Below are positions 8,965 through 18,630 of a stretch of 64,000 bases of DNA, in pieces (the stretch's first letter is position 1; the number at the start of each line of letters is the position of its first letter). The notes beneath the pieces are model-generated. The model was not told the DNA's origin. It was given only the letters and a program-made list of their open reading frames with translations, and made no database searches. The translations under genes and the position numbers were made by a program. Source of the DNA: Minisyncoccota bacterium (GTDB lineage Bacteria; Patescibacteriota; Minisyncoccia; Phycocordibacterales; UBA918); contig JAWKSP010000001.1 of NCBI GenBank assembly GCA_041389025.1, forward strand, positions 128,002 to 192,001, in the 5' to 3' direction.

Positions 8965-10653
8965 TTATTGATTACTAATTTTCTTCTCAGTCAGTTTCTT
9001 TCTCACCATCTGTTGCGCTGCGTTCATACTGTGCTGGTAGTAAAGAGACTTAATTCCCTGCTTCCAAGCTTCAATATAAAGTTTATTGATATCTTTTACC
9101 GGTGTATCCGGTGCCACCATCACATTTAAAGATTGGCCCTGATCAAGATACTTTTGTCGATCAGCTGCTTGTTTTATTACTATTGATTGATCAATTTCAG
9201 CAAAAGTTCGATAAATTTCTCGCTCCTCTATTGATAAGAAATCCAAGTGTTGAACTGAACCATCATGATCACGAATACTATCCCAGATTTCTTTATTATC
9301 TTTACCTTTTTCTTCAAGTAGCTTTTTAAGGTTAGGATTTTTAATTGTCACCTTCATTTTAGCCACATCTTTTACGTAACAGTTAGACCAAATTGGTTCA
9401 ATCCCCTGTGAAACTTGTCCTAAAATAAAAGCTGATGAAGTATTAGGTGCAATTGCTAATAGCGTGGTATTTCTTCTTCCATAACCAGTCAATATTTCCG
9501 GCTCTCCAAGCTCTTTAGCTAATTCTTTTGTGGCTTTTTTCGCTTGTTCGTTAATAAGCTTAAAAACCTCCACATTTATCTCTTGTGCCTCTTTACTCTC
9601 AAAAGAGAGTTTTTTGGCTTGGAGAAGTGAATGCCAACCAAGCGTACCGAGACCAAGTGCTCGATTAGCTTTAGCAAAATTATAGGCTCGTTCCATGAAA
9701 GTAAAAGCTAGCCGCTTCTCTTTATCTTCACTATCACGCATTACTTCTAGTTTCTTGATAAAATCTTCCATCACTGCATCCAAAAAAGCAATCATAGTCT
9801 CAACTAAGTCGGTATCTTTCCAGTCATCATAATGTCTTAGATTAATAGAAGACAAACAACATACAAACGACCAATCATCATGAGATGGCAACATAATCTC
9901 ACTACACATGTTGCTAGCATAAATCTTCAATTTTTTATCTTTATAGACATCAACAGTGTTTTTATTGGCAGTATCTTGAAACATTATATATGGATATCCC
10001 ATTTCACCACGACGCTGAATTACCCTTGCCCAAATTGCTCTTTTTTCTTCATCACCAGCAATCATCTCTTCCAACCATTCATCAGTTACTGTTACACCGT
10101 GGGTTAGTTTTTGAATTGGATTGCCTTCAGTTCCGATATCAAGAAATTCCAAAATATCAGGATGTTCAATTGGTAAGTAGGGTGAGAAATGCCCTCGACG
10201 TACTGATCCTTGACTAACCACATCGACCAAAGTCTCAAACAATTGCATAAAATGTACCGCTCCAGAGGAACTTCCATTATCTCCGGATATACGAGATCCT
10301 CGTTCTCTTAAATCACCAAAATAGCCCGAGCAACCACCACCAAATTTACTTTGCATTCCTACCTCAGCATTAGTGTATAGAATGCCTCCCATATTGTCAG
10401 AAACATAAGAACCAAAACAACTAATCGGCAATCCTTTATCAATACCAAAATTTGACCAAACTGGAGAAGCTAAGGAAATCCAGCCTTTAGACATATAATC
10501 AACGAACTTATCAGCAAACCCTTTACGGTTTAGAAATTTCTCCGCCGCTTTAGCGATAACTTCAATTCTATCTTCAGCCGTTTGTCCTTCTGCCAGATAA
10601 CCCCGAGCAAGAAAACCTCGACTATTTTCATTCAACCAGTACCATGAATCCAT
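8965..10653 (-). CDS. nrdA: Ribonucleoside-diphosphate reductase alpha subunit, short form without ATP-cone
   Basis: GLPISCF, SQGSVRRG, SNMCSEI (thiyl Cys), FVCCLSSINL, AIAPNTSS, DQGQSLN, KSLYY. Confidence 0.95.
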   Translation of the reverse strand: MDSWYWLNENSRGFLARGYLAEGQTAEDRIEVIAKAAEKFLNRKGFADKFVDYMSKGWISLASPVWSNFGIDKGLPISCFGSYVSDNMGGILYTNAEVGMQSKFGGGCSGYFGDLRERGSRISGDNGSSSGAVHFMQLFETLVDVVSQGSVRRGHFSPYLPIEHPDILEFLDIGTEGNPIQKLTHGVTVTDEWLEEMIAGDEEKRAIWARVIQRRGEMGYPYIMFQDTANKNTVDVYKDKKLKIYASNMCSEIMLPSHDDWSFVCCLSSINLRHYDDWKDTDLVETMIAFLDAVMEDFIKKLEVMRDSEDKEKRLAFTFMERAYNFAKANRALGLGTLGWHSLLQAKKLSFESKEAQEINVEVFKLINEQAKKATKELAKELGEPEILTGYGRRNTTLLAIAPNTSSAFILGQVSQGIEPIWSNCYVKDVAKMKVTIKNPNLKKLLEEKGKDNKEIWDSIRDHDGSVQHLDFLSIEEREIYRTFAEIDQSIVIKQAADRQKYLDQGQSLNVMVAPDTPVKDINKLYIEAWKQGIKSLYYQHSMNAAQQMVRKKLTEKKISNQ

Positions 10654-10674
10654 AAAAATAAATTAGATGTTAAA

Positions 10675-11988
10675 TCAGAATAAATCATCACTAGTTACAC
10701 TAGCACTACGCTTATTATAATTGATTGAGCGTTTATGGAAAAAGTCTACGTGTTTGGTAGCAATCACCTCATTATCAAACCAATCAGTTTCTTCAAGCAA
10801 AGCTTCGCTCACTTCAAAAATGCGAGGTAGCCCGATAGATGCCAAAGAATTATTCAGACGATTCTTTACAAATTCTTTTACATTAGTAGACGGCATAAAA
10901 TCTAGCTCACCTGCTTCATAAATCCAGTCAATAATCTCACTTTCCGCTTCATACGCTTCATAACAAGCATTTATGATCATTTCCTTACAATCTTCATCAA
11001 ACCACTCCGGATGTTCTTGTTTAATGATATTAATAACATCAATCCCAAACATACCATGAATATTTTCTTCTTTAGAAGTAGCTTCTACAGCGTTACTAAT
11101 CCCTTTTAGTAAGTTTTTATGCTTATTAAAAGACATTATTATTAAAAACTGTGAAAATAAAGAGACGTGCTCAATAAACAAAGAGAACAACAGGACCGAG
11201 TGCATATACTGACGATTCTCATCCGTTTTAGACAAAGTGATAGTCTTTTCCAAATAATTAATTCGTTTTTTAATAACCGGCACATCAGTAATCTTTTCAA
11301 ATTCTGAATTAAGACCGAGTATCTCTAAAAGGTGTGAATAAGCGTCCATATGTCTCGCTTCACTTTCAGCAAAAGTCACGCCAACTGCGCTAATTTCCGG
11401 CTTAGGCATTTTTTTGTAGATATCACCCCAAAATGTCTTTACTGCCACTTCTATCTGAGCAATAGCTAACATAGCGTTTTTAATAGCATTTCTCTCTGAC
11501 TCATTTACATTTACATGGAAATCATTGATATCACTGGTGTAATTGAACTCGGTATGAATCCAATATGAATGCCTGATTGAATTTACATATTCGTATAATT
11601 CAGGGTATTCATATGGTTTTAGGTTGATTCTTTTATGAAAAATATCTCTTTCTCGTAACTTTTTACGAGCATTACGATAAATGATATAGGCTTTGGCTGT
11701 CTCAAAATAATCTAACTCCATTAAAGACTGTTCTACTAAGTCTTGAATTTCCTCCACTGCCGGATAACCATCTATACATTTCTTAGACTTAGGATCATCA
11801 GCTGAAGCTGTAGCTGCTTGCACACACATTGCTACCGTTTTTTGGTGAGCTAAATCAGCTACTTTTTTAGCGTCCTCAGCCTTACCTTCACCACTTCCTT
11901 CCAAGGCTTTTAAAATAGCATTCTCAATTTTTGCAATATTAAAAGACTGAACTGAACCGTCTCTTTTTCGAATTTGCTTAATCTCCAT
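10675..11988 (-). CDS. nrdB: Ribonucleotide reductase beta subunit with N-terminal ATP-cone
   Basis: IRKRDGSVQSFNIAKIENAI...VEEIQDLVEQSLM...AKAYIIYR (ATP-cone) fused to a ferritin-like R2 domain (QIEVAVK, ESEARHMDAY, KEENIH, DFFHKRSINY). Confidence 0.93.
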   Translation of the reverse strand: MEIKQIRKRDGSVQSFNIAKIENAILKALEGSGEGKAEDAKKVADLAHQKTVAMCVQAATASADDPKSKKCIDGYPAVEEIQDLVEQSLMELDYFETAKAYIIYRNARKKLRERDIFHKRINLKPYEYPELYEYVNSIRHSYWIHTEFNYTSDINDFHVNVNESERNAIKNAMLAIAQIEVAVKTFWGDIYKKMPKPEISAVGVTFAESEARHMDAYSHLLEILGLNSEFEKITDVPVIKKRINYLEKTITLSKTDENRQYMHSVLLFSLFIEHVSLFSQFLIIMSFNKHKNLLKGISNAVEATSKEENIHGMFGIDVINIIKQEHPEWFDEDCKEMIINACYEAYEAESEIIDWIYEAGELDFMPSTNVKEFVKNRLNNSLASIGLPRIFEVSEALLEETDWFDNEVIATKHVDFFHKRSINYNKRSASVTSDDLF

Positions 11989-12260
11989 ACCAAACTAATT
12001 TCTAACAAAACTTAATAAATATTTTTAATTATTCCCATCATCAACACGTTGCTACAAAAAACACTCATTGATACTTTCTTTGGCGGTAGTGAGGTTAAAA
12101 GACTGTTGTTTCCATGTGTTAATGCACTTTTGATGTCAAAACACACGGTGGAGAAACACGTGCGTGACTAAATGATAACATTTTGTTATTAACATCATTT
12201 TTAAACCTTTTCCAAAAATAAGGTTATTTTTAATTTTTTTATGATTATTGTTTATAATAA

Positions 12261-12269
12261 TGTGGATAA
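12261..12269 (-). promoter_or_regulatory. Perfect DnaA box upstream of nrdB-nrdA
   Basis: TGTGGATAA on + equals TTATCCACA on -. Single copy, could be chance. Confidence 0.3.
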
Positions 12270-12348
12270 CCTTAAACTTGTATTAATTTATGATAATTAT
12301 TTTTAATTTTGCCTAGTGTCTTAGATTTAAAATATGTTTTCTGATAAT

Positions 12349-12383
12349 AAAATACCCCGCCGGCAAAGCCGGCGGGGTATTTT
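12349..12383 (-). terminator. Intrinsic terminator-like hairpin after mscL
   Basis: aaaataccccgccggc-aaa-gccggcggggtatttt. Confidence 0.75.
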
Positions 12384-12400
12384 TCTTACCTTTATTTAAA

Positions 12401-12787
12401 TTAGTTACGATTTTTTAAATTATCTCGAATTTCACGCAATAATACGACTTCTTCAGTTGGTTCTTTTGGTTTTTCTTCCTTTGCTTCTTCTTTTTTCTTA
12501 AGTTTACTTAGAGCTTTGATAGCTATAAAGATAGCAAAAGCAATTACAATAAAATCAAAAACACTCTGCAAAAAGACTCCATACTTGATTTCAGCATCAC
12601 CTAAAATAAAAGTAAAGCCGGTAAAATCAACCCCACCAAGCAACACACCGATCAATGGAGTCACAATATTCTCTACCAAAGAAGACACTATCTTACCGAA
12701 AGCGGCTCCAATAACTACCGCTACCGCCAAATCCATCACGTTACCCTTCATAGCAAAGGCTTTGAATTCATTGACAAAATTTTTCAT
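12401..12787 (-). CDS. mscL: Large-conductance mechanosensitive channel
   Basis: [32 protein letters not shown]...LLREIRD. Confidence 0.97.
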   Translation of the reverse strand: MKNFVNEFKAFAMKGNVMDLAVAVVIGAAFGKIVSSLVENIVTPLIGVLLGGVDFTGFTFILGDAEIKYGVFLQSVFDFIVIAFAIFIAIKALSKLKKKEEAKEEKPKEPTEEVVLLREIRDNLKNRN

Positions 12788-12838
12788 AATATACTTAACT
12801 TATCTTTATAAATAAGCTATTTATAACACCTTTTTTAA

Positions 12839-13993
12839 CTAATGTTTAGCCTCTTCATCAACCGGATGCGAACATATATGTACCCCATCTTCTTTTACTA
12901 TTTTGTCCTTAAAATACCAAGCTGCCATAGCAGTAGTAAGTGGTACCGCTAAAATAAGACCGATACTTCCCACCACAATTCTTAGTACTTCAGCTGCCAC
13001 AACCTCCTGATTAATAACCAAAAATATCGGTGACGCACCATAAGCAAAGAGTAATATCATCGGTAATGCCGCCCCAACATAAGCCAAAGCCAGAGTATTT
13101 ACCAAAGAACCAACATGATCCCGGCCGACCTTAATAGCTCTATTATAAAGTTCTTTGAATCCAAAAACAGCGTTGGCACTCTTTAATTCTTGTACTACCG
13201 AAGCTTGTGTAATAGAAACATCATCCAAAAGGCCTAAAAGACCGATAATAATACTACCGAGCAGTAGACCTGATAAATCCAAAGTACCACCAGTCGCGAA
13301 ATTTAAATAAACCGAAGCATCATCACCAAAACCAGTTAACTTCATCCACTTGACCCAAATCCAAGCAATTGCACAAGTAACAAAGACCGCAGAGAAAGTG
13401 CCCAAGAAAGTTATAAACACTCTTGGTTTAAAACCATGTGTAAAGAACAAGGTAACACTTAAAATCAGACCAGATATAGCTAAACTAGCCAAAGCTGGCG
13501 AATACCCTTTAAGTAAAGCTGGTACTAAAAGGAAAATAATAGCCAAGATACTAATAGCTAGACTGGTAATAGCTCTTAAACCTTGCCGACCAGATAACCA
13601 AATTATTAAAGCAAAAAATAGTATAACAATTGCCAACATCGGACCCCTCCTCTCTACATCCTTAAAGGTAAAATATTCAATTCCATCTACAGCAACCAAA
13701 CGATTAACAAAAATATCGTCACCAACCGACAAAACCATTAAATCATTTTCCAGATCCACCATTTCTCCAGTCCTCTCTCCGTCTTTTAGTTTTATTTTTA
13801 ACTCTTGAACCGTAGTTGAAGCACCAGTACCCATAATGTCTCGTTCGTATTGATTAGTAACCTCAATAACTTCAGCTTTAATTGTCTCTTGAAATTCTTG
13901 ATGCACTTCTTGAGCTAACAGTAGGGATGGTAGAGATAAAATAAGAAAAAATAATGTGAAAATAACTTTTTTTATGATAATTATTGATTGCAT
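12839..13993 (-). CDS. YibE/F family membrane protein
   Basis: IGLLGLLDDVSITQAS, VGRDHVGSLVNTLALAYVGAALP, GSIGLILAVPLTT. Confidence 0.9.
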   Translation of the reverse strand: MQSIIIIKKVIFTLFFLILSLPSLLLAQEVHQEFQETIKAEVIEVTNQYERDIMGTGASTTVQELKIKLKDGERTGEMVDLENDLMVLSVGDDIFVNRLVAVDGIEYFTFKDVERRGPMLAIVILFFALIIWLSGRQGLRAITSLAISILAIIFLLVPALLKGYSPALASLAISGLILSVTLFFTHGFKPRVFITFLGTFSAVFVTCAIAWIWVKWMKLTGFGDDASVYLNFATGGTLDLSGLLLGSIIIGLLGLLDDVSITQASVVQELKSANAVFGFKELYNRAIKVGRDHVGSLVNTLALAYVGAALPMILLFAYGASPIFLVINQEVVAAEVLRIVVGSIGLILAVPLTTAMAAWYFKDKIVKEDGVHICSHPVDEEAKH

Positions 13994-14038
13994 GATTAAA
14001 TAAAATAATAATTGTTAGAAATTTAATTGAACTAATAG

Positions 14039-14149
14039 TTAAAAAAGAAAACGCGCTACATAAAAACCGACTCCTGCTCCTAAAGCAAAAACAAAAAATA
14101 GTGTGACCAGTAAAGCTTCTTGGTCCATAATCACTTTCAATTCTAACAT
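14039..14149 (-). CDS. Putative 36-aa single-pass membrane microprotein
   Basis: MLELKVIMDQEALLVTLFFVFALGAGVGFYVARFLF*; AAGAGGTG immediately upstream; below the ORF-track cutoff. Confidence 0.4.
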   Translation of the reverse strand: MLELKVIMDQEALLVTLFFVFALGAGVGFYVARFLF

Positions 14150-14284
14150 CACCTCTTTTTGACAACAAGCTTTACCCTCGACTTTTTCTCAAAAAATAGG
14201 TATAACAGTGCATACTGTTAAGTAAACAGCACTTGGTAAGGGAGACGCGGCTCCGCCACGCCTCCCTCCTTTACCAAAAAACAT

Positions 14285-14360
14285 GGCGGCTATCGTATAA
14301 CGGCTATTACTCCAGTTTGTGGCACTGGTAATCTGGGTTCGATTCCCAGTAGTCGCCCCA
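14285..14360 (+). tRNA. tRNA-His(GTG)
   Basis: Cloverleaf with G-1, anticodon arm ccagt-ttGTGgc-actgg, T-loop GTTCGA, C73, encoded CCA. Confidence 0.95.
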
Positions 14361-14430
14361 ATTTTAAAGCCTATCAAATAAGGGTTTTCTAGATACCCTG
14401 TCGAGAGGCTCGAACTGATATACTATATGC

Positions 14431-14751
14431 ATGGAAAGTTTTGATGGAAAAACAGAAGCGGGTTTTGAAAAGATCGAAAGAGAAATGAGAGAGCTACTCA
14501 CAAAAATTCGAGAGAGCATCGCCACTCAAAAAACTGAAAAAACAACTTGGTGGCTAAATAAAATGCAAGAATTCAAACATAAAGTTTACCAATACGAAGA
14601 TGAAGAAGATGTATGGAACTGTCTTGGTTATCACTTACTTTGGGGCAGTACTCCACCATACGAGCAAATAACCCGTGCTGATTTCCCACATCCTTATTCC
14701 ATTAAAGAATTTTTGCTAGATACTCAAGCTGAATTAGAAGAAACAGCGTAA
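14431..14751 (+). CDS. Hypothetical protein
   Basis: 106-aa ORF after tRNA-His; no motif recognised. Confidence 0.6.
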   Translation: MESFDGKTEAGFEKIEREMRELLTKIRESIATQKTEKTTWWLNKMQEFKHKVYQYEDEEDVWNCLGYHLLWGSTPPYEQITRADFPHPYSIKEFLLDTQAELEETA

Positions 14752-14989
14752 CTATCTTAAGACTACAACCGGAATATGGATTGTCGAGTCACCCATCTTT
14801 TCAAAAACAGTTCGAACATCCTCTACGACGTCGCCCTACTGTCCTAGACACCTAGGAAACATAAAAAAATAACAACTTTTGGTTCCACTAAAGTATTAGG
14901 AGTCGGTTTTTGTGTATATGTGGACATTATACATTGTTTATTGTACCACCCTCCTTCAGATGGACCTTCAAAATAAACAGGAGATGACT

Positions 14990-15694
14990 ATGAGCAATAT
15001 CATACATTTTTCACCCAACATGAGTATAAAGGATGACCTTCTTCCCTTTCTTAACAAACACCTACATACAGCAGGTTGGACACTAGTTAGATTACAGCCA
15101 TCAGACAAAATCGAAACTGATTTACTGTTGATCTCTGCTCTTGCAGGACAGATGTTCGGAAATAATTTTGGATACCATGTACTTGACGCAAACAATGCAC
15201 ACGAGATACTTGCTATACACACCGAAGGTATTTCAAATGAAGACGGGATTATTCCCTATTTCGCCCTCGGTTACATCAGACCGTCGACTTAAGGTGGTCA
15301 AACAAGATTATTTGATGGACGGATTGCGGCAGAAAAGATCACAGCAACTCCTGAGTTATCAAATGTCTTGATTGAATATTCAGCTCTAGCCAACCCACAA
15401 TTAAGAGTACGTCATCCACTTGTAATTCCAGAGTATGGGAAAACGGTTCGTTATCGTTCCCAAGTGGAAACAAACACAGTTATAAATTCTGGTGTATTTT
15501 CTGTGAATGAAATGTATCGTCATGTAGACAAAATCATTCATGATAGCCTTATAGTGAGCCATCAATGGAATATAGGAGATTTACTCTTTGTAAATAACCT
15601 GATCACTCTACACGATCGACTTCCATTCATGGGTCAACGAAGAATGTTACGTGTGCGGTATAATGACAATCTCAACTTTCTTATAAGGTATTAA
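14990..15694 (+). pseudogene. TauD/TfdA-like 2OG-Fe(II) dioxygenase interrupted by one in-frame TAA (15290-15292)
   Basis: HTEG...PYFAL..RPST*GGQTRLFDG...WNIGDLLFVNN..TLHDR..RRMLR, all in one frame; AGGAG RBS before 14990. Confidence 0.8.
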
Positions 15695-15697
15695 GAA

Positions 15698-16174
15698 ATG
15701 AAAATGAAACAAACAATCTATACCCTCATCATGCCGGTAGTAAAATTATATTGGCGTATCTTCAAACCACAATCATACGGAGTCAAAGTTGTTATTGTAC
15801 ACCCACATGATCAAAATAAGGTGCTGTTAGTTCGACATTCTTACGGAAATACTACACTCTGGAATATTCCAGGCGGTGGATTTAATCCCAAGAAAGAAAC
15901 TGCTTACTCAGCTATTTTACGCGAGGTTCAAGAAGAACTTGGTATTGATGTTTTCAACCTAAGAGAATTGGAAGAATACCACACAGGAGGCGAAGGGAAA
16001 AAAGATACCGTCACTTTATTTTCTGGGATAATAAAAAATCCCGAGAATATAAAGATCAATCCTGAAATATCAGCACTTGCTTGGGTAGAAATGAGCATAT
16101 TACGCGACCGAGGTGATGATGTCGCTAGAGTAGCAAGGCGAGCGGTTGAAAAAATCCTTACCTCAAACGTTTAA
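15698..16174 (+). CDS. NUDIX hydrolase
   Basis: Nudix box PGGGFNPKKETAYSAILREVQEELG. Confidence 0.9.
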   Translation: MKMKQTIYTLIMPVVKLYWRIFKPQSYGVKVVIVHPHDQNKVLLVRHSYGNTTLWNIPGGGFNPKKETAYSAILREVQEELGIDVFNLRELEEYHTGGEGKKDTVTLFSGIIKNPENIKINPEISALAWVEMSILRDRGDDVARVARRAVEKILTSNV

Positions 16175-16451
16175 TCCTACCAAATTCAACAAGCCCTAGC
16201 CCTGCCAAATCAATTTGGTAGAGCTCTTTTACTTTTGGGCGACTAAAGAAGTGCCCTACGGCACTTCTGTCTGGGAATCGAAAAACGGTGATCGATATGA
16301 ATTTCAGAGCAGAGTAGAAAAATAAACTAGCTAAGTTAAGATCATAAATAATGAGTTTACGATTATATTCTTTAAAGAGAATAATTATTTGCAAAAATTT
16401 TATTCAGTTATATATTTTAATTAGATCAAACCCTACAGCGAGGTACAATAA

Positions 16452-16892
16452 ATGCCAGAAAGATACATTCTTCCTAAGCGAGAAGTAGTATTTATAAAGT
16501 CACTGAAGTATCATGGATTTCGAGTAACCAGAAAAAGGGGAAATCTAAAATATACAACCGGTTACATTATTCCATCAACCAAACGAGAGGATCATAGTGG
16601 TATTGATTTTTGGGTAAAAATGCCTAGAGATGAAAGGCTTTTTCCTGTACAAATTACTCAACGTGGTGTTAGTATTTTAAAAAAGTACCAAGGTTTTACA
16701 GAGGATAGATTTAAAATTTTAATTCTAGAGTCTGAGTCTAGGATTAGAAATAAAAGAAAGCGCTGTAAACAACACGGAATTGCTTTTGTTTTAGTCAGAG
16801 ACTACAGAGGTAGTAAAACAAACCCTAGGATTGCTTGGGGAGATATAAAAGCCTTACGCTATGCAATCGCCCACCTTAAGCGTTGGTTATGA
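16452..16892 (+). CDS. Basic hypothetical protein, possible degenerate PD-(D/E)XK fold
   Basis: 'GIDFWV...PVQIT' pattern and GAGG RBS; followed by a perfect 19-bp-arm palindrome at about 16878-16918. Confidence 0.55.
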   Translation: MPERYILPKREVVFIKSLKYHGFRVTRKRGNLKYTTGYIIPSTKREDHSGIDFWVKMPRDERLFPVQITQRGVSILKKYQGFTEDRFKILILESESRIRNKRKRCKQHGIAFVLVRDYRGSKTNPRIAWGDIKALRYAIAHLKRWL

Positions 16893-16956
16893 TTTTGGTA
16901 AAATCATAACCAACGCTTTATTTTTTATGTTATTTATACTAACCTAAACTAACTCC

Positions 16957-17340
16957 ATGGATTTATTTATAATATTTTTGATCGGTTTTCTTTCCAGTTT
17001 CTTTGGTAATTTTGCCAGCGGGATAACTTCAACACTTTCACTGTCTGGTTTATTAGCTTTTGGTCTTCCGAGTCACACCGCCCTAGCCACTCACCGCCTT
17101 GGTTTGTTTGGATTTGATTTAGGAGGAATAAGAGAGTATGTCAAACATAATAAAATTGACTGGAGTTTAATACCTATACTTTCCTTAATCGGGATAGTCG
17201 CAGCTATTATTGGCTCAAACATTATTTTGTCAGTTGACCAAGAACTATTATCAAAACTATTAGGTATCGTAATACTATTTTTTATTCCCATAATGCTTCT
17301 AAAACCTCATCTGGGTTTAGTAAGCTGGAGAAATTTATGA
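16957..17340 (+). pseudogene. TauE/SafE sulfite-exporter-like protein, apparently only the N-terminal half
   Basis: Four TM helices, 'GLPSHTALAT', 'IDWSL'; 127 aa against roughly 250 typical. Confidence 0.55.
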
Positions 17341-17357
17341 GATATTTATAAAATAAT

Positions 17358-17789
17358 ATGTCAAAACAGATCATTTTAAAAACCAGTAAAAATAACAACA
17401 GCGTCGCTAAGTATATAAAAAATGTTCCGAAGGAGATGCAAAAGGATGCTAAGGTTCTGCTAAAATTATTTAAAGAAACAACCGGTACAAAAGCCGAGAT
17501 GTGGGGCGCCAGTATTATTGGTTTTGGTGAATACACTTACCACAGATCTAATGGATATGAAGGTAAATTCATGGCCACTGGCTTCTCAATTCGAAAATCC
17601 GGCCCTACCCTATACATCATGCCAGGTTATCAAGACTACTCAAAACTACTAGAAAAACTTGGTCCCCACAGACTTGGAAAATCTTGTCTGTATTTAAAAA
17701 ACCTTGAAGGAATTGATTTAAAAGTTATTGGTAAACTTATTAAACAAGGTTTGAAAGATTTGAAGAAGAAACATAAAGTAAAACTATAG
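17358..17789 (+). CDS. DUF1801 (YdhG-like) protein
   Basis: MWGASIIGFGEYTY, GFSIRK, LGPHRLGKSCLYLKNL. Confidence 0.85.
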   Translation: MSKQIILKTSKNNNSVAKYIKNVPKEMQKDAKVLLKLFKETTGTKAEMWGASIIGFGEYTYHRSNGYEGKFMATGFSIRKSGPTLYIMPGYQDYSKLLEKLGPHRLGKSCLYLKNLEGIDLKVIGKLIKQGLKDLKKKHKVKL

Positions 17790-17881
17790 TTTGTATAAAT
17801 TATTTTTTATATATAAAAAGGCCTCGCACGCGAGGCCTTTTAACAAACCGCTAAAACGGTTGGTCCATGAAACAAATTACA

Positions 17882-18616
17882 TCAAACTCCGTATTTCCGC
17901 TGGTAAGCTTGAATCTTTCTCAAGATTTCACCAGTCTTACCATCACTACTTTCAACTGAAATTTGCTGTATCAAATCAGCAAAAGTAGCAATCGCCCGAA
18001 CAGGAATTTTGTTTTTATTTTCAAACTCCTGAACTGCAGATTTAGTGGTCCCAACTCCAGTTTCTTGCCGATCAAAAGCGATCACGCAACCGACAGGAGT
18101 ACCGCCATTGGCACAAATAATCTCCACAGCTTCATCTGAAGATATACCTGTTGTCATGGCGTCATCTAGAATCAGTGCGTTCTTCCCAGCAAGTGATGCT
18201 CCCACGATTGTTCCACCTTCAGCATGATCCTTCTTTTCTTTGCGATTGAAAGCATATCCAACATTTATACCATAGTCACTTTCTAGCAAGAGAGTAACTC
18301 CAACAACAAGAGGAATACCCTTGTATGCCGGTCCAAATAATACGTCAAAAGAAATATCTTCTCTGTCGCAAAGAGTAATAATAGTTTCGGTGTAAGCTTT
18401 TATAAGAACACCAAGAGTCACTCCATCATTGAACAGTCCAGAGTTAAAGAAATACGGAGACAACCTTTTACTTTTCAAGCTTATTCCTTCAGATGGAAAT
18501 TTCAACGCTTCAATTTTTATAGCGTAAGAAATAAAATCTCTCGCTGTACTAAATGTTTCTTGGGTATACAATCCTGAATTATTAAATCCATCGTCAGGAA
18601 GTTCTACTATAGACAT
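17882..18616 (-). CDS. pyrE: Orotate phosphoribosyltransferase
   Basis: LKSKRLSPYFFNSG, FGPAYKGIPL, FNRKEKKDHAEGG, ILDDAMTTG; AAGGAG RBS. Confidence 0.93.
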   Translation of the reverse strand: MSIVELPDDGFNNSGLYTQETFSTARDFISYAIKIEALKFPSEGISLKSKRLSPYFFNSGLFNDGVTLGVLIKAYTETIITLCDREDISFDVLFGPAYKGIPLVVGVTLLLESDYGINVGYAFNRKEKKDHAEGGTIVGASLAGKNALILDDAMTTGISSDEAVEIICANGGTPVGCVIAFDRQETGVGTTKSAVQEFENKNKIPVRAIATFADLIQQISVESSDGKTGEILRKIQAYQRKYGV

Positions 18617-18630
18617 AATTTCTCCTTTAT

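Noticed and set aside
14233-14277. GC-rich hairpin just upstream of tRNA-His as SRP RNA or riboswitch
   Set aside because: No SRP helix-8 or riboswitch consensus visible; cannot be supported beyond being a stem-loop.
15290-15292. Stop-codon reassignment or alternative genetic code
   Set aside because: Single case; conserved genes in the window end normally at TAA, TAG and TGA, and Trp uses TGG.
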